Source: Flectonema sp. DT1601 (Eukaryota). From it: a DNA stretch of 64,000 nt. The DNA lies in contig OZ025798.1 in assembly GCA_964019425.1 (NCBI GenBank), positions 620,001 to 684,000 on the forward strand. The letters run 5' to 3'. Shown piece after piece: positions 23,501 through 33,057 of the stretch; position 1 is the first letter of the stretch; every line of letters begins with the position of its first letter. The notes under the pieces are model-generated. The model was not told the origin of the DNA. It searched no databases and saw only the letters and a program-made list of their open reading frames with translations. The position numbers were made by a program, and so were the translations under genes.

Positions 23501-26500
23501 GAAGGAGTTCCTGCTGGTGGAGTTGGTGGTGTTGGTGCAGGTGGAGTTGGTGCAGGCGGAGTTGGTGCAGGTGGGGTCGGTGCACCGGCCTGACAGATGT
23601 CCGGGTGCTTCGCCAACAATGATGCGGCAGGCTCGATGAGACCACCAGATCCACTCTCAAATGGCTTGGTACCGACCCAGTATCCCTGTCCTCTCTCTCC
23701 GTACTGGCATCCGATCTCCCACCACTTTCCGTTCCATCCGTAAGGACCTGGGGATGGGCATTCCACAGCAGCGCATCCGATAGCGTAGATGTTCGAGGAA
23801 CTCATCTGAGTGTAGTGGGAAGTAACTCCACCTCTGGAGGAATCAGACGCCCAGTTGTAGTCATCCTTCTCATCCCACCAAGACTGTCCGAGGTAACCCA
23901 CGATACCGTCAATCGGGTCTTCACATGCAGTACCCGCACAGTAGGCAAGGTTCTCTCCGAGGAACTCGTATCCACCGACATTCTTCCTGTATCCATCTTG
24001 GTCAGAGTGCGGCCAGCTGCTGTCACATCTGGCGAGCCAGTTGTACATGTTTGTGGCAATAGCGGAGTCCCATCTCACTTTGTACATGTCCTTCGCTGGT
24101 GGCTGGGTGTTGGCCCTCCACTCGTTGTGCTTGTCAAGGATGGCCTGCTCCCACTTGTTCTGCGGGCATCCAGCTCCAGAAGGAGTTCCTGCTGGTGGAG
24201 TTGGTGGTGTTGGTGCAGGTGGAGTTGGTGCAGGCGGAGTTGGTGCAGGTGGGGTCGGTGCACCGGCCTGACAGATGTCCGGGTGCTTCGCCAACAATGA
24301 TGCGGCAGGCTCGATGAGACCACCAGATCCACTCTCAAATGGCTTGGTACCGACCCAGTATCCCTGTCCTCTCTCTCCGTACTGGCATCCGATCTCCCAC
24401 CACTTTCCGTTCCACCCGTAAGGACCTGGGGAAGGGCATTCCACAGCAGCGCATCCGATAGCGTAGATGTTCGAGGAACTCATCTGAGTGTAGTGGGAAG
24501 TAACTCCACCTCTGGAGGAATCAGACGCCCAGTTGTAGTCATCCTTCTCATCCCACCAAGACTGTCCGAGGTAACCCACGATACCGTCAATTGGATCTTC
24601 ACATGCAGTACCCGCACAGTAGGCAAGGTTCTCTCCGAGGAACTCGTATCCACCGACATTCTTCCTGTATCCATCTTGGTCAGAGTGCGGCCAGCTGCTG
24701 TCACATCTGGCGAGCCAGTTGTACATGTTTGTGGCAATAGCGGAGTCCCATCTCACTTTGTACATGTCCTTCGCTGGTGGCTGGGTGTTGGCCCTCCACT
24801 CGTTGTGCTTGTCAAGGATGGCCTGCTCCCACTTGTTCTGCGGGCATCCAGCTCCAGAAGGAGTTCCTGCTGGTGGAGTTGGTGGTGTTGGTGCAGGTGG
24901 AGTTGGTGCAGGCGGAGTTGGTGCAGGTGGGGTCGGTGCACCGGCCTGACAGATGTCCGGGTGCTTCGCCAACAATGATGCGGCAGGCTCGATGAGACCA
25001 CCAGATCCACTCTCAAATGGCTTGGTACCGACCCAGTATCCCTGTCCTCTCTCTCCGTACTGGCATCCGATCTCCCACCACTTTCCGTTCCATCCGTAAG
25101 GACCTGGGGATGGGCATTCCACAGCAGCGCATCCGATAGCGTAGATGTTCGAGGAACTCATCTGAGTGTAGTGGGAAGTAACTCCACCTCTGGAGGAATC
25201 AGACGCCCAGTTGTAGTCATCCTTCTCATCCCACCAAGACTGTCCGAGGTAACCCACGATACCGTCAATCGGGTCTTCACATGCAGTACCCGCACAGTAG
25301 GCAAGGTTCTCTCCGAGGAACTCGTATCCACCGACATTCTTCCTGTATCCATCTTGGTCAGAGTGCGGCCAGCTGCTGTCACATCTGGCGAGCCAGTTGT
25401 ACATGTTTGTGGCAATAGCGGAGTCCCATCTCACTTTGTACATGTCCTTCGCTGGTGGCTGGGTGTTGGCCCTCCACTCGTTGTGCTTGTCAAGGATAGC
25501 CTGCTCCCACTTGTTCTGCGGGCATCCAGCTCCAGAAGGAGTTCCTGCTGGTGGAGTTGGTGGCGTTGGTGCAGGTGGAGTTGGTGCAGGCGGAGTTGGT
25601 GCAGGTGGGGTCGGTGCACCGGCCTGACAGATGTCCGGGTGCTTCGCCAACAATGATGCGGCAGGCTCGATGAGACCACCAGATCCACTCTCAAATGGCT
25701 TGGTACCGACCCAGTATCCCTGTCCTCTCTCTCCGTACTGGCATCCGATCTCCCACCACTTTCCGTTCCATCCGTAAGGACCTGGGGATGGGCATTCCAC
25801 AGCAGCGCATCCGATAGCGTAGATGTTCGAGGAACTCATCTGAGTGTAGTGGGAAGTAACTCCACCTCTGGAGGAATCAGACGCCCAGTTGTAATCATCC
25901 TTCTCATCCCACCAAGACTGTCCGAGGTAACCCACGATACCGTCAATTGGGTCTTCACATGCAGTACCCGCACAGTAGGCAAGGTTCTCTCCGAGGAACT
26001 CGTATCCACCGACATTCTTCCTGTATCCATCTTGGTCAGAGTGCGGCCAGCTGCTGTCACATCTGGCGAGCCAGTTGTACATGTTTGTGGCAATAGCGGA
26101 GTCCCATCTCACTTTGTACATGTCCTTCGCTGGTGGCTGGGTGTTGGCCCTCCACTCGTTGTGCTTGTCAAGGATGGCCTGCTCCCACTTGTTCTGCGGG
26201 CATCCAGCTCCAGAAGGAGTTCCTGCTGGTGGAGTTGGTGGTGTTGGTGCAGGTGGAGTTGGTGCAGGCGGAGTTGGTGCAGGTGGGGTCGGTGCACCGG
26301 CCTGACAGATGTCCGGGTGCTTCGCCAACAATGATGCGGCAGGCTCGATGAGACCACCAGATCCACTCTCAAATGGCTTGGTACCGACCCAGTATCCCTG
26401 TCCTCTCTCTCCGTACTGGCATCCGATCTCCCACCACTTTCCGTTCCATCCGTAAGGACCTGGGGATGGGCATTCCACAGCAGCGCATCCGATAGCGTAG

Positions 26501-26916
26501 ATGTTCGAGGAACTCATCTGTGTGTAGTGGGAAGTAACTCCACCTCTGGAGGAATCAGACGCCCAGTTGTAGTCATCCTTCTCATCCCACCAAGACTGTC
26601 CGAGGTAACCCACGATACCGTCAATTGGGTCTTCACATGCAGTACCCGCACAGTAGGCAAGGTTCTCTCCGAGGAACTCGTATCCACCGACATTCTTCCT
26701 GTATCCATCTTGGTCAGAGTGCGGCCAGCTGCTGTCACATCTGGCGAGCCAGTTGTACATGTTTGTGGCAATAGCGGAGTCCCATCTCACTTTGTACATG
26801 TCCTTCGCTGGTGGCTGGGTGTTGGCCCTCCACTCGTTGTGCTTGTCAAGGATAGCCTGCTCCCACTTGTTACTGGGGCATCCGGCCACTGCCAGACCTG
26901 CCAGCAGCACGTTCAT
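20572..26916 (-). CDS. CAP-repeat type-I membrane protein, 8 CAP domains, PPAPT stalk (2114 aa)
   Basis: Eight CAP repeats of 678-699 bp. The stalk is a (PPAPT)n run plus four 30-aa repeats. TM and tail match the paralogs. Confidence 0.93.
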   Translation of the reverse strand: MNVLLAGLAVAGCPSNKWEQAILDKHNEWRANTQPPAKDMYKVRWDSAIATNMYNWLARCDSSWPHSDQDGYRKNVGGYEFLGENLAYCAGTACEDPIDGIVGYLGQSWWDEKDDYNWASDSSRGGVTSHYTQMSSSNIYAIGCAAVECPSPGPYGWNGKWWEIGCQYGERGQGYWVGTKPFESGSGGLIEPAASLLAKHPDICQAGAPTPPAPTPPAPTPPAPTPPTPPAGTPSGAGCPQNKWEQAILDKHNEWRANTQPPAKDMYKVRWDSAIATNMYNWLARCDSSWPHSDQDGYRKNVGGYEFLGENLAYCAGTACEDPIDGIVGYLGQSWWDEKDDYNWASDSSRGGVTSHYTQMSSSNIYAIGCAAVECPSPGPYGWNGKWWEIGCQYGERGQGYWVGTKPFESGSGGLIEPAASLLAKHPDICQAGAPTPPAPTPPAPTPPAPTPPTPPAGTPSGAGCPQNKWEQAILDKHNEWRANTQPPAKDMYKVRWDSAIATNMYNWLARCDSSWPHSDQDGYRKNVGGYEFLGENLAYCAGTACEDPIDGIVGYLGQSWWDEKDDYNWASDSSRGGVTSHYTQMSSSNIYAIGCAAVECPSPGPYGWNGKWWEIGCQYGERGQGYWVGTKPFESGSGGLIEPAASLLAKHPDICQAGAPTPPAPTPPAPTPPAPTPPTPPAGTPSGAGCPQNKWEQAILDKHNEWRANTQPPAKDMYKVRWDSAIATNMYNWLARCDSSWPHSDQDGYRKNVGGYEFLGENLAYCAGTACEDPIDGIVGYLGQSWWDEKDDYNWASDSSRGGVTSHYTQMSSSNIYAIGCAAVECPSPGPYGWNGKWWEIGCQYGERGQGYWVGTKPFESGSGGLIEPAASLLAKHPDICQAGAPTPPAPTPPAPTPPAPTPPTPPAGTPSGAGCPQNKWEQAILDKHNEWRANTQPPAKDMYKVRWDSAIATNMYNWLARCDSSWPHSDQDGYRKNVGGYEFLGENLAYCAGTACEDPIDGIVGYLGQSWWDEKDDYNWASDSSRGGVTSHYTQMSSSNIYAIGCAAVECPSPGPYGWNGKWWEIGCQYGERGQGYWVGTKPFESGSGGLIEPAASLLAKHPDICQAGAPTPPAPTPPAPTPPAPTPPTPPAGTPSGAGCPQNKWEQAILDKHNEWRANTQPPAKDMYKVRWDSAIATNMYNWLARCDSSWPHSDQDGYRKNVGGYEFLGENLAYCAGTACEDPIDGIVGYLGQSWWDEKDDYNWASDSSRGGVTSHYTQMSSSNIYAIGCAAVECPSPGPYGWNGKWWEIGCQYGERGQGYWVGTKPFESGSGGLIEPAASLLAKHPDICGAGAPTPPAPTPPAPTPPAPTPPTPPAGTPSGAGCPQNKWEQAILDKHNEWRANTQPPAKDMYKVRWDSAIATNMYNWLARCDSSWPHSDQDGYRKNVGGYEFLGENLAYCAGTACEDPIDGIVGYLGQSWWDEKDDYNWASDSSRGGVTSHYTQMSSSNIYAIGCAAVECPSPGPYGWNGKWWEIGCQYGERGQGYWVGTKPFESGSGGLIEPDASLLAKHPDICGAGAPPPTPPAPTPPAPTPPAPTPPAPTPPTPPAGTPSGAGCPQNKWEQAILDKHNEWRANTQPPAKDMYKVRWDSAIATNMYNWLARCDSSWPHSDQDGYRKNVGGYEFLGENLAYCAGTACEDPIDGIVGYLGQSWWDEKDDYNWASDSSRGGVTSHYTQMSSSNIYAIGCAAVECPSPGPYGWNGKWWEIGCQYGERGQGYWVGTKPFESGSGGLIEPDASLLAKHPDICGAGAPTPPAPTPPAPTPPAPTPPAPTPPAPTPPAPTPPAPTPPAPTTPAPTPPAPTPPAPTPPAPTPPAPTPPAPTPPTPVTGTAVPVAVVKPTSAPALTTMSPPGSTSTPVPGTAVPTTPVKPTSAPALTTNTPPGSTSTPVPGTAVPAAVVKPTSEPSLTTMSPPGSTSTPVPGTAVPAAVVKPTSEPSLTTMSPPGSTSTPVPGTAAPAAKTPVPTTMAPLGSTATPVPGTDAPAGGYQTISPQLGAGTGDSDDSSTDNWWIWLLVALGVLFACAAVIGAVVMKKKSDEGVQFLDFMDTVDAGKENNPIDPAFEGVRL

Positions 26917-28076
26917 TGTTTTAGTAATGCTGAATTATGGAAAAAGGTTTATTACGTTTCTGTACGAAAACTGGTGGAGAAGGTTGCATATAAGGGAATG
27001 GAGTCTAAAATTGCAACGCCATGCAACTTGAAAAACGAGCAGATAACTAATAAATCAGTGTCTTTTGCAAAAACACGGATTGGATGCTGAATAGTGATTA
27101 AGAAAATCGCACACCTATAATATGGTCAAGGAAAGATGCAATAAATATACGAAGAGACCTCGTTATTCAAAATGTAAGACTTGTAAACCCCAAAAATGAA
27201 CTTCTATGACAGTCTTTATAGATCATCATGTTTATTTCCTTTCTTCGGCAAGGTGAGGCATCCCTATGAGTTAGTTGGGATATTTTGCCCGCCGAGGAAA
27301 TCTTGCAGAGCAAGACTTCTTTATTACTATTTACTTTTTTTTTTTGTGTGTGTGTAGTTGTATTCCCAACATTTATCCAAGTAATCTTTCTTTATTACTC
27401 TTTTTTTTTTTTTTTTTTTGTGTGTGTGGTTGTATTCCCAACATTTATCTAAAAACATCAGTTTCGTGTGCTGCTGCGCTTGCTTACTCAACAGTGCGAA
27501 AAATGTAAAAGGCATGAGAACGGTCGACGATTACCCCTCGACAATTCGCGTTCACGATGCCGGGGGAAAAAAGGGGGAAAAAAAGAAACGGGTCTTTTTG
27601 AATGGCCCCATGATTAATTAAGTATTGCGTTTAAACGCAGTGTTCACTCCTCCTCCGACAGGTCACACATGTAAATTAAAGGGGTTCTGAAGGGTTAAGA
27701 TAATCCGCCGGCAGCCCGAAAACCGCAAGGGGAAAAACTAACTAAAATAACCTACTACTAATGATGGGGAAAGGTGTCACCTCCTTATTCAGAAGAGGGA
27801 TAACTTCATTTCATATATCAAAAATGCAAAAATAAAGCGTTGGAAAGTACAGACATCCATGTAGAGAGGAAGAAGAGAGAGAAGGACAAGAGGGATTAAT
27901 ATAAAAAGGAAGGTATTTGATTCTTCTGGATCGATTCCATTGTGCGCACGAGGTGGGTGCATCTTATGGGGATGACTATTAATGCCTTTGGTCATATTCG
28001 TGTTAAAGACGTACTGCGGATCAATCAAGCAATACTAACAGTCAGCCACAAAAACCGCACCATGGCAAGTGGTTTC

Positions 28077-29026
28077 CTACAGTCTCACTCCTTCAAATGC
28101 AGGGTCTATTGGGTTGTTTACGTTTCCTGCGTAAACAGTATGCATGAAATCAAGAAATTGGACTCCTTCATCAGACCTCTTTTTCATCACAACGGCACCG
28201 ATCACAGCTGCACAAGCGAACAGCACACCGAGTGCAACTAAAAGCCAGATCCACCAGTTGTCAGTGCAGCTGTCATCCGGATCCCCCGTCCCGGCTCCCA
28301 GTTCCGGTGATATCGTCTGATAACCACCCGCAGGTGCGTCGGTACCCGGAACGGGAGTAGCAGTACTTCCAAGTGGTGCCATGGTGGTAGGAACAGGTGT
28401 TTTAGCCGCTGGTACTGCGGTTCCTGGAACAGGAGTAGAGGTACTTCCAGGTGGTGACATAGTTGTGAGGGAAGGTTCGTTAGTTGGCTTCACAACAGCT
28501 ACTGGTACTGCGGTGCCCGGAACAGGGGTGGCGGTACTTCCAGGTGGTGACATAGTTGTGAGGGAAGGTTCGCTAGTTGGCTTCACAACAGCTACTGGTA
28601 CTGCGGTGCCCGGAACAGGGGTGGCGGTACTTCCAGGTGGTGACATAGTTGTAAAGGCAGGTTCGCTGGTGACTTCACAACAGGTGCTGGCGGTGCCCGG
28701 AACAGGGGTGGCGGAACTTCCAGGAGGTGACATCGTTGTGAGGGCAGGTGCACTAGTTGGCTTCATAACAGCAGGTGCTGCGATTCCCGAACAGGGGTGG
28801 CAGTACTTCCAGCAGGTGCCATCATTGTGAGAGCAGGTGCGCTAGTTGGCTTCACAACAGCTGGTGCTGCGGTAGGCATAGCTGTGGTTGGTACAGATGT
28901 TGTTGGCACAGCGGTGTCTGGCACAGCGGTGTCTGGCACAGCGGTGTCTGGCACAGCGGTGTCTGGCACAGATGTTGGCATAGCTGTGGTTGGCACAGAT
29001 GTTGTTGGCACAGAGGTGTCTGGCAC
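28077..29026 (-). pseudogene. Truncated, frameshifted fourth CAP-family paralog (stalk + TM + tail only)
   Basis: The 3' end matches the paralogs. Small deletions near 28670-28800 shift the frame (ORFs 28077..28766 and 28763..29029). Homology stops abruptly at 29026 and no CAP domain remains. Confidence 0.85.
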
Positions 29027-29484
29027 CAAACTTCATACCAACTTCCACAATGCTATATTCAATAGATATGAAATAATAGCACGTGGTGCTCGTCGTCCAC
29101 CAGACCACGAAGCAGAAAGAACCAAAGCTCTCGAAGTCTTTAAAGTTACGCACCAAAAAAGTTTAGAAATGGGCCGCAAACACAGAAAGATTAGAGAGCC
29201 GTTAAAATTAAACTCGGATGATAATGGAGTAATCTATGCTCTTGTCGACGAGAAAGGTTCTGTGAGATATGTCGGTCAAACCTCCAATTCGGCTGCACAA
29301 AGAGAATTATCTCACAGGTATTCAAGACGCTCGAAAAAAACGACGATAGCTAAGCTGATAAAGAAAAGGGACAGTCCCTTATTCGCCGCTGCATTAGAAA
29401 AGGTGAATTTAAGCGATAGCTTAGTTAAAGAAGTGTTTCACACCGCAGCGCATCCCGCCGAAGCATTTTGGATTAACCACAAAT
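29027..29484 (+). mobile_element. GIY-YIG endonuclease coding fragment (mobile-element derived, truncated at both ends)
   Basis: Translation GVIYALVDEKGSVRYVGQTSNSAAQRELSH...AEAFWI shows the GIY and YIG motifs, the conserved Arg/His and the catalytic-type Glu of GIY-YIG nucleases. It has no start or stop of its own. Confidence 0.75.
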
Positions 29485-29922
29485 TGAGGCGATCGGCAGG
29501 GTGGAGGTGTTCACGATTTTTCACGATTTTTCACTTAATTTTTTGATGCTTTCTGGTAGTGAAATCCCGTGAAAATGTGTGAAAATGTGTGAAAATGTGT
29601 GAAAATGTGTGAAAATGTGTGAAAATGTGTGAAAATGTGTGAAAATGTGTGAAAATGTGTGAAAATGTGTGAAAATGTGTGAAAATGTGTGAAAATGTGT
29701 GAAAATGTGTGAATGAGGCGATCGGCAGGGTGGAGGTGTTCACGATTTTTCACTTTGCTACACGAAAATTCACGATTTTTCACGATTTTTCACGATTTTT
29801 CACTTAATTTTTTGCTGCTTTCTGGTAGTGAAATCCCGTGAAAATGTGTGAAAATGTGTGAAAATGTGTGAAAATGTGTGAAAATGTGTGAAAATGTGTG
29901 AAAATGTGTGAAAATGTGTGAA
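29485..29922. repeat. Duplicated unit with perfect 10-bp arrays (GAAAATGTGT)x14 (29571-29710) and x8 (29840-29919), each preceded by oppositely oriented (TTTTTCACGA)n
   Basis: Read directly. Both units begin TGAGGCGATCGGCAGGGTGGAGGTGTTCACG. Confidence 0.92.
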
Positions 29923-30128
29923 TTCTAGTGAAAAAAGTGAGTGATATCCAGATGGTACCGTTGGTGCTGGTGTGCTGTGCGATGTCAAACTTGTTCAGTT
30001 TGCCATACGTCATGTCACTTTGACAACTAAATGGGCATCGCTTGTGCCCAGTGACCCATCACCCTTCCTGACCATCGCTTGTGGTGAGGTTCCGGACTTT
30101 GGACCGGCGCATCGCGTGTGCGGTGGGT

Positions 30129-30881
30129 TTAATCACTGAGGGGCTCATTCTCGTTCATTGCCTCCTCTTTTCGCTGAGCAGTTTTTTCTTGTGCAACTTT
30201 CCTGGCAGCAGCATTTTCTGCTGCTTTCGCTGCTTTCGCTTGGGTCAGTGTGGCGGACTGCTGGGGCACCGGGAGGGAGAGGGGGTCACGCAACTTTTGC
30301 TTTGTGGGGAGCTCCAGCGCAAAGCATTCAACAACAGAGAAAATGAATGCCCCGCGCTGGGACTTGGTTGGGGGGTTAGGTAGGGATGGTGCGTCCACCG
30401 GGATGATGCTGGCATCAGGCTTGGTGAGCATGGGGTCATCGGGGACATCGCTCTTCAGCTTAGAGACCTGAATGTGGTTCACATGGGAGAGGGCGTGGTT
30501 GACCTGCCTATTGACTTTCAGCAGGCGGGCGTGGTGAGGGGAGACTGTGTCACCGCAATAGCAGCAACGAAAAATGCCCTTTCCCCCCAAGGGTTCCAGC
30601 ATGTAGAACCATCTACCTGGAAGCTCGGTATCGAGCAATGCAAAAATCTTTTCCCAATAATCGAGGTGACAGTGGCCTGATCTTCTGGCCTGGCTGTCCT
30701 GAACTTTCTGCCGGTTAATCTTTTTGAAATGTTCTGTTGTGTTACCCTCAACAAGAAAACACAATGAAGCAGTTGAACGTGTGTCCTCTAACCAGGACAA
30801 CGCCCCTGCCAAGGCACCTGTAAAATCAACCCCCCTCTCAATGAGACACATCTGTGTCTCATTGTCCGGTTTGCGTGTCAC
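30129..30881 (-). CDS. Hypothetical protein fragment with C2H2/BED-like Zn-finger motif, probably TE-derived
   Basis: 250-codon open frame with no ATG start. It contains FRCCYCGD..H..H..H and an Ala/Lys-rich helix. A second C-x3-C..H motif (RCPFSC..IAQH) lies just downstream at about 29970-30045. Confidence 0.4.
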   Translation of the reverse strand: MTRKPDNETQMCLIERGVDFTGALAGALSWLEDTRSTASLCFLVEGNTTEHFKKINRQKVQDSQARRSGHCHLDYWEKIFALLDTELPGRWFYMLEPLGGKGIFRCCYCGDTVSPHHARLLKVNRQVNHALSHVNHIQVSKLKSDVPDDPMLTKPDASIIPVDAPSLPNPPTKSQRGAFIFSVVECFALELPTKQKLRDPLSLPVPQQSATLTQAKAAKAAENAAARKVAQEKTAQRKEEAMNENEPLSD

Positions 30882-30885
30882 CTCT

Positions 30886-31560
30886 TAATATTTTTTTTAT
30901 TTTGAAAAAAAAAAACAATCAGTTTAGCGTCTTGACCAGGACGGAAAATAGAAAGTAATCGACATAGTCGATCGATAAAAAAAAAACAATGATAACATTG
31001 TTTATTCTTTTTTTTTATTTTAAATTCTTTTTATTTATTTTTTAAAGAAAAAAAAACGGAAAATAGAAATTAGTCGACAAAGTCGAACGATAAAAAAAAA
31101 CAATGATAACATTGTTTATTCTTTTTTTTTGTATTTTTTTATATTCTTTTTTTATTAATTTTGAAAAAAAAACAATCAGTTTAGCGTCTTGACCAGGACG
31201 GAAAATAGAAAGTGATCGACATAGTCGATCGATAAAAAAACAATGATAACATTGTTTATTCTTTTTTTTTGTATTTTTTTTATTCTTTTTATTAATTTTG
31301 AGAAAAAAAACAATCAGTTTAGCGTCTTGACCAGGACGGAAAATAGAAAGTGATCGACATAGTCGATCGATAAAAAAACAATGATAACATTGTTTATTCT
31401 TTTTTTTTTTTTTTAAATTCTTTTTATTTATTTTTTAAAGAAAAAAAGGAAAATAGAAATTAGTCGACAAAGTCGAACGATAAAAAAAAAACAATGATAA
31501 CATTGTTTATTCTTTTTTTTTTTTTAAATTCTTTTTATTTATTTTTTAAAGAAAAAAATG
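30886..31560 (+). repeat. Palindrome-bearing AT-rich satellite, first block (also 32425-32861)
   Basis: Monomer A: AACAATCAGTTTAGCGTCTTGACCAGGACGGAAAATAGAAAGTGATCGACATAGTCGATCGATA(n)CAATGATAACATTGTTTATTCT(n). Monomer B: ACGGAAAATAGAAATTAGTCGACAAAGTCGAACGATA(n)CAATGATAACATTG. Confidence 0.93.
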
Positions 31561-31567
31561 GAATGAG

Positions 31568-32424
31568 TTAAGTTACCAGGTGAGATTTGGACTGTTAGCT
31601 TTTGGCTAAGGCCCTCCCTGAAGAGCAAGAACAAAAAAACTACTCACACCTGAAGAAAACATACACAAAGAACACACTGTAAGCTGTGTGTGTATTTTGT
31701 GTTTGTCACAACAGGAGAGAAAAGAAAGAATGTCAAGGTTGGTCACCTTGCCTATCAACGCACAACATTGGTGGTCTCTACTAGACCCTGAGTGATCCCA
31801 CTGGATCTCTCATCGTTCATAGTACCCTGTGTGAAGTTATAAAATCAAAGGTAAACTATGAACTACAAATGACTTAGCCTGTTATTATAATGCCACAGGC
31901 AGGCCCTGCATTCAGCAACTATCCAGCAGTGCTTGGATGTCCTGATCTTCTTCTAAAAAAAAGAAAGAAAAACAAAACTGTAGCTGGGATCACTCAGGAT
32001 CAACAGACTACCAATGCTACCTGTTGTACTTGCTCACTATGGGGGGTGATGCCAAACACCCAGAAGTACTTAACTACTTTCCTTCTTGCTGCCCAGGAGT
32101 TTCTGACCAGAACTAATAGAAAATAAAAAGTAGATGGGAAATAATAAAAAGTAAAATGGATATAACTGAAGTTAAACAAGACAAATGAGGTAACAGACCA
32201 GAACAGATAGAGAATAAAAATAAAAGATATAGGCAAGAATGATTGTAGTGAAAGATTACAAATAAAAAAAATGCAAGATCAACACATGATCAAGATACAC
32301 CAGCAGCTAACAAACAACATAAAATTGAAGATCAGTTGCCAGAGTATTTCAACCATGGTAGAATACTCGCCCCTCTGGCAGGGATTATCCCAGACTTGTC
32401 CTTTAATCTAGTTGGACACCATGG
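31568..32424 (+). repeat. Dispersed CpG-depleted repeat; inverted and rearranged copies at 39984-42651
   Basis: CCAGGTGAGATTTGGACTG...GTTGGACACCATGG recurs reverse-complemented at about 40176-41000, 41161-41630 and 42163-42651. I count only 3 CpG in about 860 bp. Confidence 0.85.
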
Positions 32425-32985
32425 ACCATTGTTTATTCTTTTTTTTATTTTAAATTCTTTTTATTTATTTTTAAAGAAAAAAAAGGAAAATAGAAATTAG
32501 TCGACAAAGTCGAGCGATAAAAAAAAAAACAATGATAACATTGTTTATTCTATTTTTTTTTATTTTTTTTTTTCTATTCTTTTTTATTAATTTTGAAAAA
32601 AAAACAATCAGTTTAGCGTCTTGACCAGGACGGAAAATAGAAAGTGATCGACATAGTCGATCGATAAAAAAACAATGATAACATTGTTTATTCTTTTTTT
32701 TGTATTTTTTTTATATTCTTTTTTATTAATTTTGAAAAAAAAACAATCAGTTTAGCGTCTTGACCAGGACGGAAAATAGAAAGTGATCGACATAGTCGAT
32801 CGATAAAAAAACAATGATAATATTGTTTATTCTTTTTTTTATTTTAAATTCTTTTTATTTAGGGAAAACCTACAGATCCACCCCCAGGTTTGGAGAAACG
32901 TATACTACGGTCACGGCCTTGTGTAGCTTTTTTGACCTTTTTTCCAAATCGACAGCCCTCTATTCTGGGCGAAATTTTTTTCAAA

Positions 32986-33057
32986 TCCGTGATAGCGCAG
33001 TGGTGTTGGTGCCGGACTGAAGCCCTGGAGGTAGGGGGTTCGAGTCCCTCGGGGGGA
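32986..33057 (+). tRNA. tRNA-Phe(GAA)-like pseudogene / Pol III cassette in the left arm of the MULE
   Basis: A-box TAGCGCAGTGG, anticodon arm CCGGA-CTGAAGC-CCTGG, B-box GGTTCGAGTCC, followed by a T12 terminator. The acceptor stem is mostly unpaired. Confidence 0.6.

Noticed and set aside
5845..27090. Dozens of long alternative-frame and plus-strand ORFs (up to 896 aa) over the CAP genes
   Set aside because: They are shadows of repetitive, codon-biased minus-strand genes. They recur with the repeat period and have no independent motifs.
28797..29546. A 249-aa fusion protein of Gly/Thr/Val repeats with GIY-YIG
   Set aside because: The N-terminal part is the antisense of the CAP pseudogene stalk; the in-frame join at the breakpoint looks fortuitous.
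29569..29922. Telomeric repeat, or the His/Phe/Thr-repeat ORFs on the minus strand
   Set aside because: The array is internal and unlike TTAGGG. The ORFs arise only because the 10-mer lacks stops.
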